Part shown: piece after piece, positions 1-8,743 of the stretch
Numbering within the stretch: the stretch's first letter is position 1
Layout of the letters: the number at the start of each line of letters is the position of its first letter
Sequence record: NZ_CP020440.2
DNA: 64,000 bases
Reading direction: 5' to 3' (one strand)
From: a plasmid
Program-made: the position numbers and the translations under genes
Notes under the pieces: generated by a model
Database searches by the model: none
What the model was told of the DNA's origin: nothing
What the model saw: the letters and a program-made list of their open reading frames with translations, nothing else

Positions 1-570
1 CAGGCCCGCCCGCACCTCGGCCAGCCGGGCGCGGTGGCGGATCAGCGGATGGCCCCAGCCCGCGACGACCGCGCCGAAGCTGGTCGGCGTCGCCGCCTGC
101 CCATAGGTGCGCGCGGCCATCGGCAGCGCCGCGTGCCGGCGCGCAAGCCGCCCCAGCGCGGCGATGAGATCCCCGATCCGTTCGTCCCAGATCTGGGTCA
201 CGCGGCGCAGGCGCAGCGCCAAGCCGGTTTCCATGATGTCCTGGCTGGTCGCGCCCCAATGCAGGTATTGCGCGTGATCGGGCGCGTTCATTGCCTTGCG
301 GAAGGCCGCGACCAGGGCCGGGACCGGCACGCCGTTCGTCGCCGTCTCGGCCCCCAGGGCGGCGGGGTCGATCTGCACCTCGCGGCTCGCGCGGTCGATG
401 AAGGCCGCCGCCGTTTCGGGGATGATGCCCAGGGCGCCCTGAACACGCGCAAGCGCGCCTTCGACCAGCAGCATGGCGCGGATCTCGGCGCTGTCGGTGA
501 AAAGCGCGGCCGTCGCATCGTCGGAAAACAGGCTGCGGTAGATGGCGCTGTCGGCGGCTGAGGCGGGCAT
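1..570 (-). CDS. pcaB: 3-carboxy-cis,cis-muconate cycloisomerase (PcaB), N-terminal portion; the gene continues past the window start
   Basis: Reverse-strand ATG at 568-570. Manual translation MPASAADSAIYRSLFSDDATAALF...AQYLHWGATSQDIMETGLALRLR matches the fumarate-lyase-family PcaB N-terminus. Not in the ORF track because it is cut by the window edge. It lies downstream of the pcaDCHG genes on the same strand. Confidence 0.7.
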   Translation of the reverse strand, partial: MPASAADSAIYRSLFSDDATAALFTDSAEIRAMLLVEGALARVQGALGIIPETAAAFIDRASREVQIDPAALGAETATNGVPVPALVAAFRKAMNAPDHAQYLHWGATSQDIMETGLALRLRRVTQIWDERIGDLIAALGRLARRHAALPMAARTYGQAATPTSFGAVVAGWGHPLIRHRARLAEVRAGL

Positions 571-652
571 GGGCAGTCCTTTGTGGAACGCGAAGGACCG
601 GGGGCTGTCTGCCCCCGGACCCCCGAGGATATTTCGGCAAGAAAGAAACGCC

Positions 653-1495
653 TCAGGCGGCGGGGCGCAAGCCCAGGATCTGGCGCGCCTGCTGCCAGGT
701 GGCGACGGGGCGGCCGTATTTCTCGCAAAGCTCGGCAGCGCGTTTCACCAGGGCGGCGTTCGAAGGCGCCAGCCGGTCGCGGTCGAGGCGCACGTTGTCC
801 TCGAGCCCGGTGCGGGCATGGCCGCCCGAGGAAATCGCCCAGTCGTTCAGCACGATCTGGTTCGGGCCGATGCCGGCGGCGCACCATGGGGCGTCCTCGC
901 CGAACAGGCGCTTGACGGTGTAGATATAGTAGTCGAACACCTCGCGGTCGGCGGGCATGGCGTTCTTCACGCCCATCACGAACTGGACATAGGGACGATC
1001 CGCGATCTGCCCCGCCGTCCACATCTGATGCGCCTTGAGGATATGGCTGAGGTCGAAGGCCTCGATTTCCGGCTTCACCCCGTATTTCACCATTTCCGAC
1101 GCCAGCCAGTCCACCAGGTCGGGCGGGTTTTCATAGACCCGCGTCGGGAAGTTGTTCGAACCGACCGAAAGCGAGGCCATGTCGGGCGCGAGCGGCAGCA
1201 TGCCACCCCGCGCCTGTCCCGCGCCCGAGCGTCCGCCCGTCGAGAGCTGCACGATGAGGCCGGGGCAGTGCTTTTCCAGCCCCTCCTTGAGCGCGGCGAA
1301 GCGGTCCGGGTCGCTGGTCGGGCGGCCCTCGTCATCGCGGACGTGGCAATGGGCAATGCTCGCACCCGCCTCGAAGGCTTCCTGCGTCGACTCGATCTGC
1401 TCGGCCACGGTGATCGGCACCGCCGGGTTGTTGTCCTTGGTCGGAAGCGAGCCGGTGATGGCGACGCAGATGATGCAGGGATTGCCCATGGTCAC
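653..1495 (-). CDS. beta-keto acid cleavage enzyme family protein (DUF849/BKACE; 3-keto-5-aminohexanoate cleavage enzyme-like)
   Basis: 280 aa ORF with TIM-barrel BKACE hallmarks (ICVAITGS...HCHVRD...QLSTGGR...). It sits between pcaG and pcaB on the same strand with 6 and 82 bp gaps. The start is probably GTG at 1493-1495, or ATG at 1487-1489. Confidence 0.75.
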   Translation of the reverse strand: MTMGNPCIICVAITGSLPTKDNNPAVPITVAEQIESTQEAFEAGASIAHCHVRDDEGRPTSDPDRFAALKEGLEKHCPGLIVQLSTGGRSGAGQARGGMLPLAPDMASLSVGSNNFPTRVYENPPDLVDWLASEMVKYGVKPEIEAFDLSHILKAHQMWTAGQIADRPYVQFVMGVKNAMPADREVFDYYIYTVKRLFGEDAPWCAAGIGPNQIVLNDWAISSGGHARTGLEDNVRLDRDRLAPSNAALVKRAAELCEKYGRPVATWQQARQILGLRPAA

Positions 1496-1501
1496 GCCTT
1501 C

Positions 1502-2113
1502 TCAGATGTCGAAGAACACGGTTTCGTTGTCGCCCTGCAGCTTGAAATCGAAGCTGTATGCGCCGGGGCCGGTCCTTTTGGCCAGCAGGGTCTGGACGCG
1601 GGCCTTGTGCTCGATCCGGGCCAGAACCGGGCATTCGGCATTGGCCGCTTCCTCGTCATCGAAATAGATGCGGGTCTGCAGTCCCACGTTGATGCCGCGC
1701 GCCACCAGCCAGATGTTGATGTGCGGCGCCATCAGCCGGCCGTCCGGAAAGGGCACGCGGCCCGGCTTGATCGTCTCCAGCCGATAGATGCCGGTGTCGA
1801 AATCCGCAGCGACCCGGGCCCAGCCGGTGACGTTCGGATCGGCCCGGCCGCGCGGGTCGTTGCCGGGATAGATGCCCTCGGCATCCGCCTGCCAGCTTTC
1901 GAACAGCGCATCGCGCAGGATCATGTCGGCGCCGTCGATGACGCGGCCGGTGATGGTGATGCGCTCGCCCTTGGCGCCCTCGCGGATGGGCGAGCCGCCC
2001 AGGTCCTCGGGATAGATGCCGGGGTTGCCGAGCGCGTTCGGGGTCAGCCCGATGTGGACATAGGGGCCCGCCGTCTGCGAGGGCGTTTCCTTGAGATAGT
2101 CCAGCTTCTGCAT
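1502..2113 (-). CDS. pcaG: protocatechuate 3,4-dioxygenase alpha subunit
   Basis: Start at [22 protein letters not shown] (residue 27 of track ORF 1502..2191). Classic PcaG sequence. The ATG overlaps the pcaH stop (ATGA). Confidence 0.85.
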   Translation of the reverse strand: MQKLDYLKETPSQTAGPYVHIGLTPNALGNPGIYPEDLGGSPIREGAKGERITITGRVIDGADMILRDALFESWQADAEGIYPGNDPRGRADPNVTGWARVAADFDTGIYRLETIKPGRVPFPDGRLMAPHINIWLVARGINVGLQTRIYFDDEEAANAECPVLARIEHKARVQTLLAKRTGPGAYSFDFKLQGDNETVFFDI

Positions 2114-2907
2114 CACAGCCCCTCCTTGCGGTTTTCGAAGAACGACTGGCGGCGGCCGCGCAGCACGATGTCGAACTTGTAGGCCAGACAATCCATCGGG
2201 ATCGCCCGGTTCATGTCAAGCGGCGCGACCAGCGCCTGGATGGCGCGGTCCTGCCCGATGGTGTTCACGATGGGGCATTTCGCGATCAGGGGGTCGCCCT
2301 CGAAATACATCTGGGTGATCAGGCGCTGACCGAAGCCCGAGCCGAAGACCGAGATGTGGATGTGCATCGGCCGCCAGTTGTTGACGTGGTTCGGCCAGGG
2401 ATAGGCGCCGGGCCGCACGGTCAGGAATTCATAGGATCCGTCGCGGCCCGTCAGGGTGCGCCCGCAGCCGCCGAAGTTCGGGTCCAGCGGCGCCAGGTAG
2501 CCGTCCTTCTTGTGGCGATAGCGCCCGCCGGCATTGGCCTGCCAGATCTCGACCAGCACGCCCGGCACGCCGCGGCCGGTTTCGTCCAGCACCCGGCCGT
2601 GCATGATGATGCGTTCGCCGATCGCCGGATCGCCGGTGAAGTTCATGATCAGGTTGTTGTCCAGGTCCCCGATCATCGAATGGCCGAAGGCCGGGCCGGT
2701 TTCCTCGGACAGCGTCGATCCCAGCGCGACCAGCGCGCGCTGCGGGGCGCGGGTCATCGAGGTCTTGTAGCCCGGCGTATAGGCCGGCGGATGCCAGTCG
2801 CGGTCGCGAAAGAACAGCGGTCCGGGGACGACCGAATGGTCGGTCTCGTCCCCGGCGGGGTTGTTGAGATGGGGCTTGACCTGAAAATCGGCCTGGCTGC
2901 GGTTCAT
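2113..2907 (-). CDS. pcaH: protocatechuate 3,4-dioxygenase beta subunit
   Basis: Real start at [14 protein letters not shown], residue 154 of the 417 aa track ORF. The upstream part of that ORF is an Arg/Pro-rich GC artefact. Intradiol dioxygenase motifs are present ([19 protein letters not shown]). Overlaps the pcaC stop by 4 nt. Confidence 0.85.
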   Translation of the reverse strand: MNRSQADFQVKPHLNNPAGDETDHSVVPGPLFFRDRDWHPPAYTPGYKTSMTRAPQRALVALGSTLSEETGPAFGHSMIGDLDNNLIMNFTGDPAIGERIIMHGRVLDETGRGVPGVLVEIWQANAGGRYRHKKDGYLAPLDPNFGGCGRTLTGRDGSYEFLTVRPGAYPWPNHVNNWRPMHIHISVFGSGFGQRLITQMYFEGDPLIAKCPIVNTIGQDRAIQALVAPLDMNRAIPMDCLAYKFDIVLRGRRQSFFENRKEGL

Positions 2908-3287
2908 GGATGGGTCTCCTCCATTTCGGCGAAGGTGTCCTTCGCGATCTTGATGGCATGGTTCGCGCGCGGCACGCCGGCGTAGATCGCGACATGCAAA
3001 AGCGCCTCGAGCACATCCTGCCGGCTGGCGCCGGTGCGGGCGGTGGCGCGGATGTGCATGGCCAGTTCGTGGTCGTTGCCAAGCCCCGCCAGCAGCGCGA
3101 TGGTCAGCATCGAACGTTCGCGCTTGCTGATCGTGTCGCGCGACCAGACCGAACCCCAGGCGCCTTCGGTGATCAGCGTCTGGAAGGGCGCGTCGAAATC
3201 GGTCTTGGCGGCCTCGGCGCGGTCCACATGGGCATCGCCCAGCACCGTGCGGCGCGTGGCCATGCCCTGGTCGTAGCGGTCGGTCAT
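2904..3287 (-). CDS. pcaC: 4-carboxymuconolactone decarboxylase
   Basis: 127 aa C-terminal segment of track ORF 2904..4118, starting at [51 protein letters not shown]-family signature. Only the last 127 aa of the track ORF are plausible protein. Confidence 0.8.
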   Translation of the reverse strand: MTDRYDQGMATRRTVLGDAHVDRAEAAKTDFDAPFQTLITEGAWGSVWSRDTISKRERSMLTIALLAGLGNDHELAMHIRATARTGASRQDVLEALLHVAIYAGVPRANHAIKIAKDTFAEMEETHP

Positions 3288-4063
3288 CGGGCGTGTTCCT
3301 GGACAAAGGGGGCAAGGATCGCGGCATAGGCCGCGGGCTGTTCGACGCAGGGCAGGTGGCCCGCATCGGGAATGACGTGGAAGGCCGCGCCGGGGATCAG
3401 GTCGGCGGTGGCCTTGACCAGTTCGGCGGGCGAGGATCCGTCCTGATCGCCCGCGATGACCAGCACCGGCAGGCGCAGGCCGGCGGTCCCGGCGGCCAGG
3501 TCGGTCGCGGCCAGCGCCTCGCAGGCGGCGGCATAGCCGGCGACCGAGGTGCGCACGACCATGTTGCGCCAGGCGGCAAGCTCGGGCCGGGCGCGGAAGC
3601 CGGGGGCGAACCAGCGCTCCATGATGGTATCCGCGATCGAGCCGATGCCGGGTCCGCGCACCGCCGCGATGCGGTCGGCCCAGCTTTCGGCCGTGCCCAT
3701 CTTGACGGCGGTGTTCGACAGGACCACGGCGCGCAGCAGATCGGGGCGGCGCGCCGCCAGCGACTGCGCGATCATGCCGCCGATGGACAGGCCCACGAAG
3801 ACCACCGGCCCCACGCCCAGATGCTCGATCAGCGCGGCTGCGTCTTCGGCCAGGTCGTCGATGGAAAACGCGCCGCCCTCGTCGGACAGGCCGTGGCCGC
3901 GCTTGTCGAAGCGGATCGCGCGCAGGCCGGGCATCTTGGCCAGAAGCCCGTCCCACAGCCGCAGGTCGGTGCCCAGAGAATTGGCAAAGACGACGGCGGG
4001 CCCATCGGCCGGACCGTCGACGCGGTAATGCATCGCACCCCAGGGGCGGTTCAGAACTTGCAT
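3284..4063 (-). CDS. pcaD: 3-oxoadipate enol-lactonase (alpha/beta hydrolase)
   Basis: 259 aa from [37 protein letters not shown], an alpha/beta-hydrolase nucleophile elbow. Overlaps the pcaC start by 4 nt. The upstream 340 aa of the track ORF is an artefact that overlaps pcaQ on the other strand. Confidence 0.8.
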   Translation of the reverse strand: MQVLNRPWGAMHYRVDGPADGPAVVFANSLGTDLRLWDGLLAKMPGLRAIRFDKRGHGLSDEGGAFSIDDLAEDAAALIEHLGVGPVVFVGLSIGGMIAQSLAARRPDLLRAVVLSNTAVKMGTAESWADRIAAVRGPGIGSIADTIMERWFAPGFRARPELAAWRNMVVRTSVAGYAAACEALAATDLAAGTAGLRLPVLVIAGDQDGSSPAELVKATADLIPGAAFHVIPDAGHLPCVEQPAAYAAILAPFVQEHAR

Positions 4064-4129
4064 GGCATTCTCCCTTGTTCGATAATCTCTCATATCGAAA
4101 ACGGCTTGGATAATGCAAACTTCGCCCTG

Positions 4130-5044
4130 ATGGATAACCGTACCGCTATGCATCCGGGCGTCAAGCTGCGCCATATCCGCGCCTTTCTGGATATTGCCGC
4201 CGAAGGCGGGCTGACGGCCGTCGCCCGCGCGCAGGGCATCACCCAGCCGGCGCTGTCGCGTACCCTGGCGGAACTGGAAACGCTGCTGGGCCAGCCCATG
4301 TTCCTGCGCCAGGGCCGCCGCCTGGTCCTGACCGAGGCCGGGGCCCTGTTCCGCCGCCATGCCAGCGCCGCCGTCCAGGCGCTGGAGGCCGGGGCCGCCG
4401 CCCTTCGCCCCGGCAGCAGCGGCACGCTGCGCCTCGGCGTGCTGCCCACGGTCGCAACCCGCTTCCTGCCCCGCGTCGTCCTGCGCTTTCGCGAGATACG
4501 CCCCGAAATCGTGCTGGCGGCCGAAACCGGGCCGCATTTCCACCTGATGCGGCTTTTGCGCGAAGGCTCGGTCGATCTGGTCGTGGGCCGGCTGCCCGGC
4601 GCCTCCGAGATGGCGGGCCTGAGCTTCGATCACCTGTATGAGGAGGAGGTGATCCTGGCCGCGCGCGCCGATCACCCCATGCGCGCCCGCCCCGCCCCCG
4701 AGGCGCTGGCGGCGTCCCCAGTGATCCTGCCGCCCGCGACCGCGCTGATCCGGCCGGTGGTGGACAGCTACCTGGCCGCGAACGGTCTGGCCGGGCTGCG
4801 CCCCGCGCTCGAGACCGTCTCGCTGGCGCTGGGGCGCGGCATCTGCCTGGCCTCGGACGCGCTGTGGTTCATCTCGCGCGGGGTGGTGGTCCACGAACTC
4901 GACAAGGCCGAGATGATCGAACTGCCGACCGGGGCGCGGTTTCTGTCGGGCGCGGTGGGGATGACGCGACGTCAGGCCTCGGCCGCGCCGGGGCTGGCGG
5001 ATTTCGCCGAAATCGCGGCCGAGGTCGCCCGCCAGATGCCCTGA
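4130..5044 (+). CDS. pcaQ: LysR-family transcriptional activator of the pca operon
   Basis: 304 aa from MDNRTAMHPGVKLRHIRAFLDIAAEGGLTAVARAQGITQPALSRTLAELE (LysR HTH). Transcribed divergently from pcaD with a 66 bp intergenic region, the classical pcaQ-pcaDCHGB layout of Rhizobiales and Rhodobacterales. Confidence 0.75.
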   Translation: MDNRTAMHPGVKLRHIRAFLDIAAEGGLTAVARAQGITQPALSRTLAELETLLGQPMFLRQGRRLVLTEAGALFRRHASAAVQALEAGAAALRPGSSGTLRLGVLPTVATRFLPRVVLRFREIRPEIVLAAETGPHFHLMRLLREGSVDLVVGRLPGASEMAGLSFDHLYEEEVILAARADHPMRARPAPEALAASPVILPPATALIRPVVDSYLAANGLAGLRPALETVSLALGRGICLASDALWFISRGVVVHELDKAEMIELPTGARFLSGAVGMTRRQASAAPGLADFAEIAAEVARQMP

Positions 5045-5189
5045 CCCGGCGGCCGGGCGACCGAAAGTTTCAAAAACCCCTTGCATGAAGTCCATTTACG
5101 CAAGGCAAATGCATTGATACTGGGCCCCGCAAGGCCGGTGCCGAAAAAAGCCGGTCCCGGATTTCCGAGCGAACAGGAGGGATTCGATC

Positions 5190-6467
5190 TTGGTGACGCA
5201 AACACAGCCGCGCGGCATGGCGGCAACGACCTGGGTGGCCAGCCTGTGCTGGATCGCCGTGGTGCTGGACGGGTTCGATCTGGTGGTGCTGGGCGCCCTG
5301 ATCCCGACGCTGACGGGGGGCGAATCGCCCTTCATGACCAAACCCGAGGCGACCTTCGTGTCGACCATCAGCCTGGTCGGGATGACGCTGGGGGCGCTGA
5401 CCATCGGCGCGCTGACCGACCGGGTCGGACGGCGCAAGGCGATGATCTGGGCGGTCGCGGCCTTTTCGGTCGCCACACTGGCCTGCGCATTCGCGCAGAA
5501 CTGGGGCCAGCTCGGCCTGTTCCGCTTCCTTGCGGGCTTCGGCCTGGGCGGCTGCCTGCCCACCGCCATCGCCATGGTGACCGAGTTCTCCTCGGGCAAG
5601 GCGGGCAAGGCCTCGACCCGGGTGATGACGGGCTATCACGTCGGTGCGGTCGCGACGGCGCTGCTGGGACTGGTGCTGCTGCCCCTGCTGGGCTGGCGGT
5701 CCATGTTCTGGGCGGGCGCCCTGCCCGGCTTCGTGCTGGTGCCGCTGATGATGCGCCACCTGCCCGAATCGCCTTCGTTCCTGCTGGCCAAGGGGCGCCG
5801 GGACGAGGCGCTGGCCGTCGCCCGCGCCAACAACCTGGTGCTCGAGCCCGAGGCCCCCACCCCCACGGCCGAGGCGGCCATTTCGGGCAGCGCCCTGTTT
5901 CGCGCGCCCTTCCTGCGCAATTCGCTGGGGATCTGGGTCACGTCCTTCATGGGGCTTCTGCTGGTCTATGCGCTGAACACCTGGCTGCCCACGCTGATGA
6001 TCGAGGCGGGCTACGGGTTGCAGCGCGGGCTGTGGTTCCTGCTCTTGATGAACGTCGGCGCCATCGTGGGCCTTCTGGTCGCCGGCCAGGTCGGCGACGC
6101 CATCGGGCTGCGCACCGCGGTCATCATCTGGTTCCTGGCCAGCGCCATCCTGCTGGCGGCGCTGTCGGTCAAGGTCCAGGTCGGGCTGCTTTACCCGCTG
6201 GTCTTCGTCACCGGCTGCTTCGTCTTTTCGGCGCAGGTGCTGGTCTATGCCTATACGGCGGCGAACCATCCCCCGGCCGTGCGGGCCACCGCGCTTGGCA
6301 TGGCGGCGGGCATCGGCCGGCTCGGCGCGATCTCGGGCCCGCTTCTGGGCGGCACGCTGGTGTCGATGGGCATCGGCCACCCCTGGGGCTTTTACGTCTT
6401 CGCCTTGGTGGGCCTGCTGGCCGCCATCGCCATCACCTCGACCCGGGTGATGCGGCAAAAGGTCTGA
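5190..6467 (+). CDS. pcaK: MFS transporter, aromatic acid:H+ symporter family (4-hydroxybenzoate/protocatechuate transporter-like)
   Basis: 425 aa with 12 predicted TM segments and MFS motifs (LTDRVGRRKAM, GxxxGG). It lies between pcaQ and pobR-pobA. The gene symbol is inferred from context only. Confidence 0.6.
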   Translation: MVTQTQPRGMAATTWVASLCWIAVVLDGFDLVVLGALIPTLTGGESPFMTKPEATFVSTISLVGMTLGALTIGALTDRVGRRKAMIWAVAAFSVATLACAFAQNWGQLGLFRFLAGFGLGGCLPTAIAMVTEFSSGKAGKASTRVMTGYHVGAVATALLGLVLLPLLGWRSMFWAGALPGFVLVPLMMRHLPESPSFLLAKGRRDEALAVARANNLVLEPEAPTPTAEAAISGSALFRAPFLRNSLGIWVTSFMGLLLVYALNTWLPTLMIEAGYGLQRGLWFLLLMNVGAIVGLLVAGQVGDAIGLRTAVIIWFLASAILLAALSVKVQVGLLYPLVFVTGCFVFSAQVLVYAYTAANHPPAVRATALGMAAGIGRLGAISGPLLGGTLVSMGIGHPWGFYVFALVGLLAAIAITSTRVMRQKV

Positions 6468-6522
6468 TCCCCCTCGCCCGGCGCCCCGATGCGGGCGCCG
6501 GGTCCTGCGGCCAAGGCGAGCC

Positions 6523-7410
6523 ATGTCCAGCGACCAGCCGATCCCGCATTACTATCTTTACGGCGACAGCGGCGCCGACGTCGAACGCGACTTCCTGCAT
6601 GTCGAGCCGATCCTGGACCGCAGCGGCCCGCACGGCTGGCGCATCAGGCCCCATGCCCATCCCGACCATGCCCAGGTCTTTCTGATCCACCAGGGCGGCG
6701 GCACCGTCCGGTTCGAGGACCGCACCCTGGCGATCCCCCTGCCCGCCGTCATGGTCGTGCCCGCGGGCTGCGTCCACCAGTTCGAATTCCAGCCCGGCAC
6801 CGACGGCTATGTGGTGACGGCGGCGCTTGGCTGGCTGCAGGCGGCGACGGCGGGTGACCCGCAGCTGGCGCAGGTGCTGGCCGATCCGGCGGTGCTGGCG
6901 CTCGAAGGCTCGGGCATCCACGAACCCACGGTGATCGACAGCTTCGACTGGCTCCTGCGCGAATTCGTCTGGTCGGCACCCGGGCGGCGCACGGCGATCA
7001 TGGCGCTTTACCTGCGCATCCTGGTCATCGTGCTGCGCCTGCGCGTCGCGCATCAGGCCCTGGCGGGGCCCGCGCCCCTTGACCGCGACCAGGACCTGCT
7101 GGTGCGCTACCGCGCCCTGATCGAGCGGCATTTCCGAAAGCAGCGCGCGCCGGCCTTCTACGCCGATGCGCTGGCCGTCACCGTCGCCCGGCTGAACGCT
7201 GCCTGCAAGGCCCGCGCCGGGCGCACCGCCAGCGCGGTGCTGCACGAACGCATCCTGCTCGAGGCCAAGCGCATCCTGCTTTACACCGACCACACGGTCG
7301 CCCGCGTGGCCCACATGACGGGTTTCGAGGACCCGGCCTATTTCAGCCGGTTTTTTGCGCAGCGCACGGGCCGGTCCCCCGCCAGCTGGCGCAAGCTTCA
7401 GGCCGGCTGA
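6523..7410 (+). CDS. pobR: AraC-family transcriptional regulator, putative 4-hydroxybenzoate hydroxylase regulator
   Basis: 295 aa. Cupin-like N-terminal domain and a C-terminal AraC HTH (ILLEAKRILLYTDHTVARVAHMTGFEDPAYFSRFF). Sits immediately upstream of pobA. The gene symbol is inferred from context only. Confidence 0.6.
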   Translation: MSSDQPIPHYYLYGDSGADVERDFLHVEPILDRSGPHGWRIRPHAHPDHAQVFLIHQGGGTVRFEDRTLAIPLPAVMVVPAGCVHQFEFQPGTDGYVVTAALGWLQAATAGDPQLAQVLADPAVLALEGSGIHEPTVIDSFDWLLREFVWSAPGRRTAIMALYLRILVIVLRLRVAHQALAGPAPLDRDQDLLVRYRALIERHFRKQRAPAFYADALAVTVARLNAACKARAGRTASAVLHERILLEAKRILLYTDHTVARVAHMTGFEDPAYFSRFFAQRTGRSPASWRKLQAG

Positions 7411-7523
7411 CGATCCGTCCAAGTTTTTCGACGCCCCGTCCATTCCCCGGAAAGCCCCGGTTGCGCCATTTTGCCGCATCAGCGCGGGCCCCCCTCGCCC
7501 GCGACCGGAAGGGAGGAAAGACC

Positions 7524-8690
7524 ATGCGTCACCAGGTCTGCATCATCGGCGGCGGCCCCTCGGGCCTGCTGCTTTCGCTGCTTTTGCGCCGCGCCGGCGT
7601 CGATTCCGTCGTGCTGGAACGCCGCTCGCGCGACTATGTGCTGTCGCGCATCCGGGCGGGCGTGCTGGAACAGGGCCTGTGCGACATCCTGCGCAAGGCC
7701 GGCGTCGGCGCGCGCATGGATGCCGAAGGTTTCGTCCATGACGGCACCATCATCACCGCCCATGGCACCACCGTGCACATCGACTTCAAGGCGCTAATGA
7801 ACAAGTCCGTCATGATCTACGGCCAGACCGAGGTCACGCAGGACCTTTACACGGAACTCGACCGCATCGGCGCGCCGATCTTTCACGAGGCCGAGGATGT
7901 CGCGATCCACGGCGCCGACAGCGACGCGCCGCATGTGACCTTCACCCAGGGCGGCAAGCCCCACCGCGTCGATTGCGACCATATCGCGGGCTGCGACGGG
8001 TTCCACGGCGTCAGCCGCCGCACCATCCCCGAAAGCGTGCGGCGCGAATTCGAAAGCGTCTATCCCTTCGGCTGGCTGGGCATCCTGTCCGAAACCCCGC
8101 CGGCCGCCGAGGAACTGATCTATTCCGGCCACGAACGCGGCTTTGCGCTGTGTTCCATGCGCAACGCCAACCTCTCGCGCCACTATCTGCAGGTGCCGCT
8201 GACCGACACGCCCGAGGCCTGGTCCGACGACGCCTTCTGGGACGAACTCCGCCGCCGCCTGCCGCCGCATTTCGCCGAAACCCTGGTGACTGGCCCCAGC
8301 ATCGAAAAAAGCATCGCGCCGCTGCGCAGCTTCATTTCCGAACCGATGAGCTGGGGGCGCATCCACCTGGCGGGCGACGCCGCCCATATCGTGCCGCCGA
8401 CCGGCGCCAAGGGGCTGAACCTGGCCGCGTCCGATGTCTGGTATCTGTCACAGGCGCTGATCGCGCTTTACGCGGGCGATCCGGCACCGCTGCGGGACTA
8501 TTCCGCGACGGCCCTGGCGCGGGTCTGGAAGGCGTCGCGCTTTTCCTGGTCGATGACGCGGATGCTGCACCAGTTCCCGGCCGAGGGCGCGTTCCTGGCC
8601 CGGATGCAGGCGGCCGAGGTCGACTATCTGGCGCAGTCCAGGGCCGCCCAGACCGCGCTTGCGGAAAACTACGTCGGCCTGCCCTACTGA
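7524..8690 (+). CDS. pobA: 4-hydroxybenzoate 3-monooxygenase
   Basis: Start at MRHQVCIIGGGPSGLLLSLLL (FAD GxGxxG motif) with a GGGAGG Shine-Dalgarno sequence about 8 nt upstream. The track ORF begins earlier at a TTG. Full-length PHBH-like sequence (DGFHGVSRR, HLAGDAAH). Confidence 0.85.
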   Translation: MRHQVCIIGGGPSGLLLSLLLRRAGVDSVVLERRSRDYVLSRIRAGVLEQGLCDILRKAGVGARMDAEGFVHDGTIITAHGTTVHIDFKALMNKSVMIYGQTEVTQDLYTELDRIGAPIFHEAEDVAIHGADSDAPHVTFTQGGKPHRVDCDHIAGCDGFHGVSRRTIPESVRREFESVYPFGWLGILSETPPAAEELIYSGHERGFALCSMRNANLSRHYLQVPLTDTPEAWSDDAFWDELRRRLPPHFAETLVTGPSIEKSIAPLRSFISEPMSWGRIHLAGDAAHIVPPTGAKGLNLAASDVWYLSQALIALYAGDPAPLRDYSATALARVWKASRFSWSMTRMLHQFPAEGAFLARMQAAEVDYLAQSRAAQTALAENYVGLPY

Positions 8691-8705
8691 CGGCGGCCGG
8701 AACGG

Positions 8706-8743
8706 AAAACGCCCGGGGGACGACCTCCCCCGGGCGTTTCTTC
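8706..8743. terminator. GC-rich hairpin followed by a T-rich run; a candidate bidirectional terminator between convergent pobA and the helicase gene
   Basis: AACGCCCGGGGGA-cgacc-TCCCCCGGGCGTT followed by tcttc, about 16 nt after the pobA stop and overlapping the helicase stop. Confidence 0.4.

Noticed and set aside
34-561. Track ORF of 175 aa on the plus strand at the window start
   Set aside because: Arg/Ala/Gly-rich translation with no recognisable fold. It lies antisense to a well-supported pcaB N-terminus and is a typical high-GC antisense artefact.
2113-5095. Track ORFs presented as 404 to 603 aa proteins (2904..4118, 3284..5095, 2113..3366) that might look like large multidomain proteins
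   Set aside because: Only the C-terminal 127 to 264 aa of each match PcaC, PcaD and PcaH. The upstream parts are artefactual read-through overlapping real genes on the same or opposite strand. They were trimmed to internal starts that give 4-nt operon overlaps.
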